From positions 111,105 to 175,104 of the forward strand of contig JAANOX010000050.1 in NCBI GenBank assembly GCA_020184695.1: DNA of 64,000 bases. Direction: 5' to 3'. The position numbers and the translations under genes are program-made. This DNA is from Histomonas meleagridis 2922-C6/04-290x. Lineage: Eukaryota > Protista > Parabasalia. The stretch's first letter is position 1. The number at the start of each line of letters is the position of its first letter. Shown one piece after another: positions 21,615 through 31,972 of the stretch. The notes under the pieces were generated by a model. That model did not search any database, was not told the DNA's origin, and saw nothing but the letters and a program-made list of their open reading frames with translations.

Positions 21615-23072
21615 TTACTCAGAAATACTTTTTTCATTATGATCAGGTTGTAAATTTACCATCATCCTAATTGGATTAAATAGAAATATCATTGAAAGAG
21701 TTGCACCAAGTAAATCAGTATAAAAATAACAAAACATTATTCTACTTGGATTATCTTTTCCTGTATAATATAAAATTGTTGCAATTACAGGTAATCCTAT
21801 AAATTGTGAAATAAAATTTAATAAAGAAGCTCTGCTTCCTAATTCCATAACTTGAAGGATTGAACACGCAATAGTTTGAAATGTTGCTAGTGGACATGTA
21901 TATGTTGTTGGTGGAATCATATGTTCTAAGAAATCCAAAAAAGCTTCATCTTTAGTCCAAAACCGAGACATTACTCTTGGTATAAAAGAAAATAAAATAC
22001 CTAAAAGAACAGTCCAAACTTCACTTATTAAAATAAAGTAAAGTGTAATTTTTTTCATTCTTTTCCCATTTTTACATCCAAAAGCAAATGAAGCTGTTGA
22101 CATATAGCCATGAGAAATAGCATTTGGTAATGAAGAGATGATATGAAATACACGCATTGTAACATGAAATGCAGCCATGATTTCAACACGAATCCCTTGT
22201 GTTTTTGGACATAATGATAAATATTTTTGGATTAAAGCTGTCGGCAAAACATCTGATATTTGATTTATTAGAGAAGATATCCCAACAGAAAGTGCTGCTT
22301 TAGTTTCATCATTTAAAGATCCAAATAAATTTAAATAATTTAAATAAAGTAAATTTTCTTTATAAAGCTTTATACTTAATATAATGGCAATTATTCCTTC
22401 TGCCATGACAAATGATAAATTAATTCCCCACATTCCTGTTTTAAATAACATTAACATCAATGGTTCAATTACACATACAGCAAGAATACTTGATAAAAAT
22501 CTTGATAATCCATACAATAAAGAATTACCTTTTCCTAAAAATATACTGCATGAAAGTACAAACAAAGAAGATGAAATAAATCCTAAACATTGTGGTAAAA
22601 TATAAATAAATCCTGCTTCTTTAAGTTTTATATCCATACCAAAAAAACTCATGACAGGATGTACCAAAGGAAGGATGAAAATAGGAACCATAAATGATAT
22701 TAAGATACAAATTGATACCAAATCCATTATAACCTTTGGAATAGATTTTGTTGATTTAATTCCATATAGATAAGGAACTCTTGAAGTAATAGAAGTTTGA
22801 ATCATTGCTGTAAGTCCATAAATAATATTTTGAAGAACAAACACTGAGCCAACAACACTTAAGCCAAACTTTCCAAAAACATATCCTATTATTTTGGTAT
22901 TAATTGCTCCGATACCAGCAGTTCCAGCTTTCGATAAGAGAGGACCTAAAGACATAAGAAAAATATTGATTAAAGGGGAATGACCTCCAAGGTGATGCTC
23001 TGTGACTTTGTTTTCTGTATGAAATGAATTTGGTGAGGAAATTATCTGTATAGAATCACTTGATTCTTCCAT
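21615..23072 (-). CDS. MATE family efflux transporter
   Basis: About 12 TM segments with two-fold internal symmetry; IFLMSLGPLLS, GMWGINLSFVMAE, GFISSSLFVLSCSIFLGKGNS. Confidence 0.88.
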   Translation of the reverse strand: MEESSDSIQIISSPNSFHTENKVTEHHLGGHSPLINIFLMSLGPLLSKAGTAGIGAINTKIIGYVFGKFGLSVVGSVFVLQNIIYGLTAMIQTSITSRVPYLYGIKSTKSIPKVIMDLVSICILISFMVPIFILPLVHPVMSFFGMDIKLKEAGFIYILPQCLGFISSSLFVLSCSIFLGKGNSLLYGLSRFLSSILAVCVIEPLMLMLFKTGMWGINLSFVMAEGIIAIILSIKLYKENLLYLNYLNLFGSLNDETKAALSVGISSLINQISDVLPTALIQKYLSLCPKTQGIRVEIMAAFHVTMRVFHIISSLPNAISHGYMSTASFAFGCKNGKRMKKITLYFILISEVWTVLLGILFSFIPRVMSRFWTKDEAFLDFLEHMIPPTTYTCPLATFQTIACSILQVMELGSRASLLNFISQFIGLPVIATILYYTGKDNPSRIMFCYFYTDLLGATLSMIFLFNPIRMMVNLQPDHNEKSISE

Positions 23073-23567
23073 TTTAAATTTAATTACTTAAGAAAAATAA
23101 GATGAGAAAATCATATCAGAACAACTTTTCATAAACATTAATAATATAATCGGAATTAATACAATTTTATCAAAACATATATAAGACAAAATAAATTTTT
23201 TCGTCATAATTGTACAAGTTATACAAAACATTCTGAATGACAAATAATACAAGGAGAAGATCCTTCGTCATATGAAGCTAATAGTTCTTTAATATTTTCT
23301 GAAATAATAATAATTCATAATCTGAATGATTTAATTAATTTTAAATTAAATTCACTAATATTACAAACATCGATAATATAAAAAAAAATTTGTTGCTTGT
23401 TCAAACTAAAAATATGATAATATTTGAAGTTAATGACGAAGTAATATTACGAATAATATTATGTTTTCATATATTTTTAATGAAGAAAAGATTGTATGCT
23501 TATAAACTTACAAATAAAAATAATTAAATATATTTTAAGTGAAAATTTTAATTTTAATTTACAAAAT

Positions 23568-24377
23568 CTAAAATTCAGGAAGTTCGGGTGAATTGCGCAA
23601 AATATCCTCAATTCGGTCGCATTCATCATATATTCTTTTTTTATCACCGCTGTCATTTTCCTTGGCGATTTCCTTTGCTTTTTCGATGAGAGTGTTTATC
23701 TCTTTTGAGTTTGCGCGAATCACAGGATATGTCTGTTCACATAATGTTCGCAAAGCTATCAAAAACTTCGCTGTATGGCTTATACTCTTTGAGAACATGA
23801 GTCTTTTGGTCATAATTCCGAGAAAAATTTTGATGTATCTTGAAGCACATAGACCAAGAAATGGAAGGATTTGTGAAATTTCAACAGAAAAAGAGTAACT
23901 AGCAACAGCTGTCGTTGACTCACGACTCCATGTCTCAAGAAAATGTGTGAAAAATTCATGAAATTCATTTGTTGATGCATTTTCATATATTAAAGGTACG
24001 GCTTTGGAAATAACAGGAAGAAGAGATGGCATAACTTCGGAATGTCCGACTTGTACCAATTTATCAAGACATTTTTTTAATTGTGGTGCAACTCTTTTGA
24101 TTTGTGCAGGGGCTGCTTCCTGAACCAATACAAAAAGGCAATCACAACCATTCGCTTGAACAATGGGTCGATAGTGAGAAGCAATTTTGATGATGATTTC
24201 GTAAAATTTATCAAAATTGGGCTGAATAACATCATATTTAAATTCTACAAACCAATTTCGAAACTGAACAGCTGATTGTTCAAATGAATCAGCTTCTTTA
24301 ATATCATCAGATTCAAATTTTGTGGAAAATTCATTAAGTTTTTCTTCCATCTTGTGGGTGATTATTCGAACAAACAT
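23568..24377 (-). CDS. HEAT-repeat protein, possibly Tti2-like
   Basis: HYRPIVQANGCDCL, LGLCASRYIKIF, LRTLCEQTYPVIRANSKEI. Confidence 0.5.
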   Translation of the reverse strand: MFVRIITHKMEEKLNEFSTKFESDDIKEADSFEQSAVQFRNWFVEFKYDVIQPNFDKFYEIIIKIASHYRPIVQANGCDCLFVLVQEAAPAQIKRVAPQLKKCLDKLVQVGHSEVMPSLLPVISKAVPLIYENASTNEFHEFFTHFLETWSRESTTAVASYSFSVEISQILPFLGLCASRYIKIFLGIMTKRLMFSKSISHTAKFLIALRTLCEQTYPVIRANSKEINTLIEKAKEIAKENDSGDKKRIYDECDRIEDILRNSPELPEF

Positions 24378-24590
24378 AGTCAAAATTCAGTACGACCGTT
24401 AATACTAAACCAAAACAATTTCATATGATATTTGAATTGCCTTCTTTATCAAACCAAGGCAAAAAGCAAAAAAGCAGACAAAACATTCACTTAGTGATCA
24501 CTTTCATATGTTTTTCTCATAAAGGATCGTTTTGTATTTGCCAATGTTTTTATTGATATTAGTAGATACCTCAAAAAATAATAATAATAT

Positions 24591-24690
24591 TAAAATAATA
24601 ATAATATTATTAAAATAATAATAATATTATTAAAATAATAATAATATTATTAAAATAATAATAATATTATTAAAATAATGATAACAACAA
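24591..24690. repeat. AT-only minisatellite, 20-nt unit TAAAATAATAATAATATTAT x about 4.5
   Basis: Directly visible; contains the palindrome AATAATATTATT. Confidence 0.9.
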
Positions 24691-25142
24691 TAATATTATT
24701 ATTACATTATTTATTTCAAAAAATTTTTAATTTGTGCCTCCTCATTTTTTTTGATGAGTGGCGTCGCTAAAGCCAATTGGCATATCCTGTGTTAGATTTA
24801 TCTTGATAATGCTTCCGCCAGTTTTGCTCAGGTGCAACGATTGACTCAATTATTGCAGGTCTTGCTGAAATGATTTCAAAGATTTGACTTTGCTTGCGCA
24901 GGTTTTATAGCATCTATTATACTATTAAATGATGTTATTATTAAAATTCCTCATTCTGTTGGCAATGCCTGCTGAGATTTGCTCACAGTAAAAAATTGCA
25001 GATAAGATATCTGTTTTTACGCTTTTGGAATGTCTTTATAAAACTCTTTGTAATTACAAAAAGGGAAACTCGTCTGTTACGCGCATAATTTCTTATAAAT
25101 GAAACCAAAAATCGCAAAGAAAGATAAAAATTTAAAAGAATT

Positions 25143-27680
25143 TTATTGAATCAATTTACCGAACAAAAGCGCTATTTTCTCGTCGTGCGATCTCACTCTT
25201 ATGAACCCATTAATTTTATTTGTTTCTTTGTTTAACTTTGCGCTTATGTTAATTCCAACTTCTTCACCGAACACAGATCTTGTGAACAAATTTACTGCGA
25301 CGAAGCTTGCAGACTTGGCTGTAGTTTCCATCATCTTCATAGGCGTCAAAATCTTTAATTTGTTTTTCTTTGCGACTTCGTTCACAAATTCAATCAAATC
25401 GGTTTTTTCTGTGTGAATGTCCACTTTTCGCTCCCAAACGGACTCCGACCACTTTTCTCTGAAAACCGTCTGCGATACGAACGATGGCTCGAAACAGAAA
25501 AACGGATCAATTTCAATGGGCGCTAACGGCAGCAGCTGATGGTCGCTGCCGCCTGCGCCAGCAAAGTCAAACGAAACGGCGCCGAAGAGTGTGCCACAAG
25601 CTCCTGATGAGATCATTACAGGAACATCGAAAGAAGCATTTTGACCAGGCCCTAAAGCAATGCTATCATTTCGTCTCATAATTGAAACAGATCCAATTGC
25701 TGTAAACTCAAACAAAATGTTCGTCAAGGTCGATTTCGTTTGGTTGTATAACGTGAAATGATACACACGATCAAATTTTCTTAATGTACAATTGGCTTCA
25801 ACATATAAAGAATCTGATAATCCTGTTAATTGGAGAATCGGAAGTTTAATTTCTTTCTTGTTCTTAACAGGTAATGGTTCCAAGACGTTGATTAACGAAG
25901 AAAATTGCATTCCGATATTTGCAGGAATAATTTCCATTTCATTTGGTTTCGTTGAATTCGTCTTTTTGTTTATAATCTGTTGCTGACTTTCTTTAAACGC
26001 AGATTCGCATGATTGGATCAATAACTTTGCCAGGCTCATATCGTTTGATGCCAATAACCACAGATTACATATGTCTTTCGAGTTCTTTTCGATTCCAGCG
26101 AAGTTGAATATTGTTTCGACGATTTTGGCTAAGTTTGGAATGTCAGCGCCTTTCATTTTCAATCTGACCAATGAAGATATAATTGATAATGACAAGTACG
26201 CGTTACCATTTTTCAACATTCCTTTCAATGTTTGATCATTATTACTATTAACAACCTTTGTGGAATAAGTTCCATCGGAATTAATTGTTGTTAATGTATT
26301 CGGATTACTTATATTAGTAAAATCTATCAGCGAAGTTAATATGTCCACAGCGGTGTCGAGGTCTTGTGCAAATTCGGCAACACTCCAAATGGCTCGCGTG
26401 AGGATTATCTGATCAGTACTTGTCTCCAAAACGTTCGAAAAGAACTGAAACGCTTCTTTCCGAGCTCCTGCGATGCCACAGTCCTTCAAAAGAAGCGAAG
26501 CTGGCTCTGATACTTTGGTGTCATTATCACTAATAAATAGTCCGATGTTTTCTGCAATGATTGTTGAGGTGGAAGGGAATCGTAACAACAGTGTGCGTAA
26601 TACTTCGAGCGATTGGCGATCTTTTGATACTATTAGTGGTACAAGTGATGATGAATTTTCCTCTGTAACTAAATCTACAAGTTCTTCAAGTAGACGTGTC
26701 CGAATTGCTCCGGTTACTGTTGTACCTTGTGCCATTTCTAGTGTGAATGATTTCATTTCTTGGCGATGTGCTTCAATCATGTCAATTAACTCTTGGACAA
26801 TAAAGGCACGAATGTTTTCATCTGTTAAATCTCGTAATAAGTTACAATATGTGGTGGCAGTGGTGTTGATTGCTGATGTGCTATTGGAGATTTGCCGTAA
26901 AACATACGCCGACTGAACGCGGACCGATACGGATTCGTCCTCACAAAAGTCGATAACGGTCTCCAAGAGCCGAACTCGGAATTGTGGAAACGCTAAATAG
27001 GTTTCTGGTACGACTTTAAGAAGCGATAGCTTCATGTCAGTGGTATAAAATTGCTTCATGTTAATGGTTAAGTTGGCGGCTTCATGTGGACTACACTTAT
27101 ATGATGAATATAACATGGTGGTTAGAACACGGGAATCAGATTCGGTGGTAAAGGCTTCAATGATGGAGTCGGCTAGTGTTGATGAAAAACAATCAAAATC
27201 TCGGGATAGTCTTCCAATTAATAAAGAAGCATGACGGCGAACATATTCTTCACGATGTGTTAAGTTGGTGATGATGGGTGTAAGCAATTGCGATAAAATT
27301 TCTATATCATTGATTTTGTATAAAAAACGAATGGCTGCTCCTCGGACATATTCATTAGGATGTAATAAAAGATTACGTATGGCATCAATAATTAAAATAA
27401 ATTCTGGTCTCATTTTACCTGATGAGTCTCTTGTATCAACATTTTCAAGAAACATTAAAAGTAATTTAATAACTCTATGATTATGACTTGTTGCTGTGTA
27501 TTGAACAACAGGCATTAATAAATGTTGTGGAATGGTTTCAGAATAACTTAATAATACTAATTGCTCTAATGCACGAGCTTGAATTTCTGGTGATTGTAAA
27601 CTCTTTAAGTCTTTGCTAATTTCATTCCATTTAGGTTGTTTATCTGGTTGATAAGCAAGTGTAAACCATCCTCTGATCAT
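25143..27680 (-). CDS. COPB1: Coatomer subunit beta (beta-COP)
   Basis: LLHPNEYVRGAAIRFL, HREEYVRRHA, ILQLTGLSDSLYVEA, LYNQTKSTLTNI, FREKWSESVWERKV, RSVFGEE, GFIRVRS. Confidence 0.95.
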   Translation of the reverse strand: MIRGWFTLAYQPDKQPKWNEISKDLKSLQSPEIQARALEQLVLLSYSETIPQHLLMPVVQYTATSHNHRVIKLLLMFLENVDTRDSSGKMRPEFILIIDAIRNLLLHPNEYVRGAAIRFLYKINDIEILSQLLTPIITNLTHREEYVRRHASLLIGRLSRDFDCFSSTLADSIIEAFTTESDSRVLTTMLYSSYKCSPHEAANLTINMKQFYTTDMKLSLLKVVPETYLAFPQFRVRLLETVIDFCEDESVSVRVQSAYVLRQISNSTSAINTTATTYCNLLRDLTDENIRAFIVQELIDMIEAHRQEMKSFTLEMAQGTTVTGAIRTRLLEELVDLVTEENSSSLVPLIVSKDRQSLEVLRTLLLRFPSTSTIIAENIGLFISDNDTKVSEPASLLLKDCGIAGARKEAFQFFSNVLETSTDQIILTRAIWSVAEFAQDLDTAVDILTSLIDFTNISNPNTLTTINSDGTYSTKVVNSNNDQTLKGMLKNGNAYLSLSIISSLVRLKMKGADIPNLAKIVETIFNFAGIEKNSKDICNLWLLASNDMSLAKLLIQSCESAFKESQQQIINKKTNSTKPNEMEIIPANIGMQFSSLINVLEPLPVKNKKEIKLPILQLTGLSDSLYVEANCTLRKFDRVYHFTLYNQTKSTLTNILFEFTAIGSVSIMRRNDSIALGPGQNASFDVPVMISSGACGTLFGAVSFDFAGAGGSDHQLLPLAPIEIDPFFCFEPSFVSQTVFREKWSESVWERKVDIHTEKTDLIEFVNEVAKKNKLKILTPMKMMETTAKSASFVAVNLFTRSVFGEEVGINISAKLNKETNKINGFIRVRSHDEKIALLFGKLIQ

Positions 27681-27762
27681 TGTTTTAATTAACAAAGTCT
27701 GTTCGGATAAAATTAATTTTTTTCTTTTATATAAAATATAGTTAAAGATTACGTAATTTTAT

Positions 27763-28260
27763 TTATAACTTGATTGATTGAATCCATCTTTCTACATCAT
27801 TTCTTGTAAATCCTCTAACCCATACAGGATTACCAAATGCTCTCCCACCAACAATTTTTGCACCCGGTGCATATTTCTTAATATCACTAACAGTTGAAGC
27901 CATGCCACTTCCGCCATGTGTAATGAATGGAATAATAATCTTTCCATGAAAATCTGCTGAAGCTAAAAATGAAGAAACAGGACAAGAAAGCCTACTACTC
28001 CAACATGGCGAACCTAGGAATATTACATCATAATTTGAAACATTACCATTAGATACAATTTTTGGAAGAACTCCATGATCTAAGTCTTTCTTCGCACATT
28101 CACACAATGGATCATATTCTTTTGGATATGGAGGAATTGTTTCGATACTAAGTTCGTCTGCATGACAAATAAATTCCTTAATATAGCGTGCAACATTTCC
28201 AGTGGTACCAGAAGCTGTATAGTAAGCAATAAGTACTTTCTTACCTTCGAAGGCAGACAT
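27763..28260 (-). CDS. Flavodoxin (flavodoxin_4, bacterial type)
   Basis: KKVLIAYYTASGTT, YDVIFLGSPCW, FHGKIIIPFITHGGSG. ATG at 28260. Confidence 0.9.
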   Translation of the reverse strand: MSAFEGKKVLIAYYTASGTTGNVARYIKEFICHADELSIETIPPYPKEYDPLCECAKKDLDHGVLPKIVSNGNVSNYDVIFLGSPCWSSRLSCPVSSFLASADFHGKIIIPFITHGGSGMASTVSDIKKYAPGAKIVGGRAFGNPVWVRGFTRNDVERWIQSIKL

Positions 28261-28697
28261 TATTACAAATGAATTATTAATAAAATTCATCGAACCATTC
28301 TTCGTACGATAAAAATTGAGTAAAAAATTGAATTGGGAGTTATGGAAAATCATTGAAAATTTTGAGTGATTTAGAAAGAATTTTTGTGGTAAACCACACA
28401 CAAACAAGTTTTGTGGATCCCAACTATTTTAAAAATATATATATATTTAGTATTTTTAAATAACTTCTCTAAGTTTTGTCCATTATTACGAATGGCATTA
28501 ATAAAAATGCTTTCTATTTCAAATGAATGAATGAAGCATCAAGCATTTCATGTTTGTGAAAATTATGATGCTTCTTTGTAGTTGATGTGAATTATAAAAG
28601 TTGATTATTTTATTTATAAATTATTTTTGTTATTAAAAAATATTATACTTTTAAATTAGGAAAAAATTATTCGGAAAATGTCAAATTCCTCACAAAA

Positions 28698-31600
28698 ATG
28701 TCATTTCCCATTTTTGAAAAAATGGAGGAAAAAACACCAAATTATTGGACAACGCTAAATTCCATTAACCAAATCATATGTAACATGCAAGAGGAAAATA
28801 TTGCTCAATCAGTTCTTTCAATCACTAAATTATTTGATTACAGTCATCCGTTTTCTTTCAACCTTGTTATTTGTCAAATGATATATAATTCATTTGTTAT
28901 AAGAATTAAAAATGATAATAATATAGAAATATATATAAAATTCATAAATGAGATTAAAATATTCCAAAAAGAGAATAAAATTGAACCCAAAATATCTAAA
29001 GTTTTCATAATGCTTCTTCTAAAAAAAAATAATCAAGAATCATATTATATAATAGAGAAAATGATAAAACAAAATTTAATCAATGAAAATATTCAATGTT
29101 ATATTTATTCAAAATATTTTGCACATTATAATACAAATAAAGAAAACAAGAAAAAATATAATGATGATGTAATAGAAGAAATTTTTTTTGAGAATTATGA
29201 AGAACTTTCAAAGAATGATTGGGAACTTCACAAGAAATATATTAAAGAAGGACATAATCCCAATTTAATTGCAAAAATAATTCGAAATGATGAAATAGAA
29301 AAACTTCAAGAAATATCATCACAAAGCGATTTTGATTTTAATCAAACAATTGTACCATCACTTTATGAAAGATGTTCATTTATAAATGAAGAAGATGTTT
29401 CAATAATTGATTATGCAGCATTTTTTGCTTCTGTTAAATGTTTTAAATATCTACTTATGAATGGTGCAAATGTTGAAGATACAGGTAAATATGCAGTTGC
29501 AGGTGGAAATGAAGAAATTATTCATTTATGCGAGCAAAATTATTCAACATTTGAAAATGCGATTGAAACAGCAATTAAATTCCATCGAAATGAAATCTTC
29601 AAATACATTTATGAGAACAAATTTGAAAAAATGAATGAAAATAATCAAAAGATTCCATATATTTTCGGAAATGAAAATCATTTACATTCTTCTAGTAGTA
29701 ATGATGATTATAGTGAAAATAGTAATGAAATTGAGGAAGAAGATCTTTATGAAGGATATAAAATTGTAATAATGAAATATAGTTTAGAAGAATTAGGAAA
29801 GAAATGTATTTTATATAATAATTACGAAATATTTATATTTCTTGAAAAAGAAGGAATGAATATCAATGATATTGTTATTGATGAATCAGCAAAAATTGGT
29901 AATATATTCCTCACTAAATATTTTCTAGTTAATAATGAAATCCCTAAAGATATTTTAGTTTTTGCAGCAAGATCTGGAAACATAGAACTTGTAAAAGATA
30001 TTTTAGAGAAAGGAGAAGTTGATATTAATGCAAAAGATATTTTTTTACTTTAACTAAAGTTTTTTTTGAAAATTTGATATTTTATAAAAGAATTCGAAAA
30101 TTATTTAGAATATTTAAAACAGCACTTATAATAACATCTGCAAATGGTCATACAGAAATATTTAAATTACTTCTTGAGCAAAAAGGAATTGATATTAATA
30201 TTAAAGATATTTTTTTTGTTTTACATGATATTCATTATTCTTATTATTCATTTCATATTAATATTTAATGATTACTTAATTTTTTTTCTACAGCTCTTAT
30301 GTTTGCATCATATTATAATGATATCAAAATAGTTGAATTACTTCTTGAAATAAAAGGGATTGATATTAATGCTAAAGATATTTATTTGTTTTGAATGATT
30401 ATTATTTTGTCAATTTAATATTAAAAAATAGTATTTGGAAATTATTTAAAATATTTGATACAGCACTTATAATTGCATCAAGAAAATGTAATTGTAATAT
30501 AGTGGAATTGCTTCTTAAACATGAAGGAATTGATATTAATGCTAAAAATATCTCTTTATTCTATATGATATTTATTTTAATAATTCGATGATTCAAAATA
30601 ATATTTGGAAATTATTTATATTATTTGAAACAGCACTTATGAAAGCATCTAAAAAATGTAGCTTAGAAATAGTTAAATTACTTCTTGAACAAAAAGAAAT
30701 TGATATTAATGTTAAAAGCAATTGTTTGCATTATTTAATATTTATTTTGATAACAATATATTTCAAAATGTATTATAAAATTTTTTTAATATATTTTCGA
30801 CAGCACTAATTTATGCATCTTTTTATGGTAACCCAAAAACAGTCAAATTACTTATTGAACAAGAGGGAATTGATATTAATGCCAAAAATTTTTACATGCA
30901 TTATTTAATACTTATTTTAATGATTTTATATTTCAAAAAAATATTTGGAAATTATTTAAATCATTTTGGACAGCACTAAGCTTAGCATCTTCAGAAGGTC
31001 ATTTGAAAGTAGTTAAATTACTTCTCAAGCAAGAAGGTATTGAAATCAATGCAAAAAATTTTTATATTTTTTATTTAATGATTATTTTAATTTTCTGATG
31101 TTTTAAAATACATTATGGAAACTGCCCAATTTATTTGAAACAGCACTTATGTTAGCATCTTCAGAAGGTCATACAGAAATCGTTAATTTACTTCTTGAAC
31201 AAAAAGGAATTGATATTAATGCTAAAAATATATATTTGTTTTATATAATTTTTATTTTAAGAATTTGATATTTCACTATAATATATGGAAATTACTTAAA
31301 TTATTTGAAACAGCACTTATGGAAGCATCTGAGAATACGAACATTGAAATTGTTAAATTACTTCTTGAACAAAAAGGAATTGATATTAATGCTAAAGATA
31401 TTTATTTGTTTTATTTAAAATTTATTTTAATAATTTTATATTTCAAAATAATATTTGGAAATTATTTAAATTATTTGAAACAGCACTTATTAGAGCATCT
31501 GAAAAGGATAAGGCCGAAATTAGCGAGTTATTTAAACAAAGAGAAAATTCTGATATCAATGTTAAAACTGTATATTTGTATTATTTCGAATTTATTCTAA

Positions 31601-31733
31601 CATATTGTTGTTTTATTATAATATTTAATTTAATTGTTTTAAGGCAAAATTCAAATATTTCTGCATCAAAACTTTGCTGCTCCTCTTACTTCTATATCTT
31701 GTGTATATGTATATATCAAAAAATAAAATATAG
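28698..31733 (+). CDS. DUF3447-like domain plus ankyrin repeats and a predicted C-terminal TM tail; interrupted by 10 non-canonical spacers (about 784 aa if joined)
   Basis: 28698-30053 is paralogous to 2499-3752. Stop-free modules start at 30119, 30290, 30460 ... 31480. Removing 9x68 + 69 nt leaves 785 codons ending KAKFKYFCIKTLLLLLLLYLVYMYISKNKI* (TAG at 31731-31733). Confidence 0.7.
30039..31649 (+). repeat. 170-nt tandem unit: ankyrin module plus 80-nt spacer (10 spacers)
   Basis: Spacers start at 30039, 30209 (81 nt), 30380, 30550, 30720, 30890, 31060, 31230, 31400 and 31570. Confidence 0.95.
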
Positions 31734-31972
31734 AATTATAATAAATTTTTTAAGTGAATTTTCTTGATTAATGTTAATGGATTTGAGTTTACTGATTGGA
31801 AATTTTAGAACAATTAATGGTTATATAATTAGTATTCAGCATAAAAAAAATATAAAATAATAGTCATGGCTAAGTGAAAAGCATTTAAATTTCGTTTTAA
31901 CAATATTTGTTCGTTTTTGATGAAACTTTTTATCGAAACCGTTTACCTATCAGCTCAGAAAAGGTAAATGAA

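Noticed and set aside
24740-25080. Moderately GC-rich ORF-less segment, possibly a pseudogene fragment
   Set aside because: Stops occur in all frames and I recognised no family.
30039-31649. CRISPR-like repeat/spacer array
   Set aside because: The context is eukaryotic, the units are far too long, the conserved part is protein coding, and there are no cas genes.
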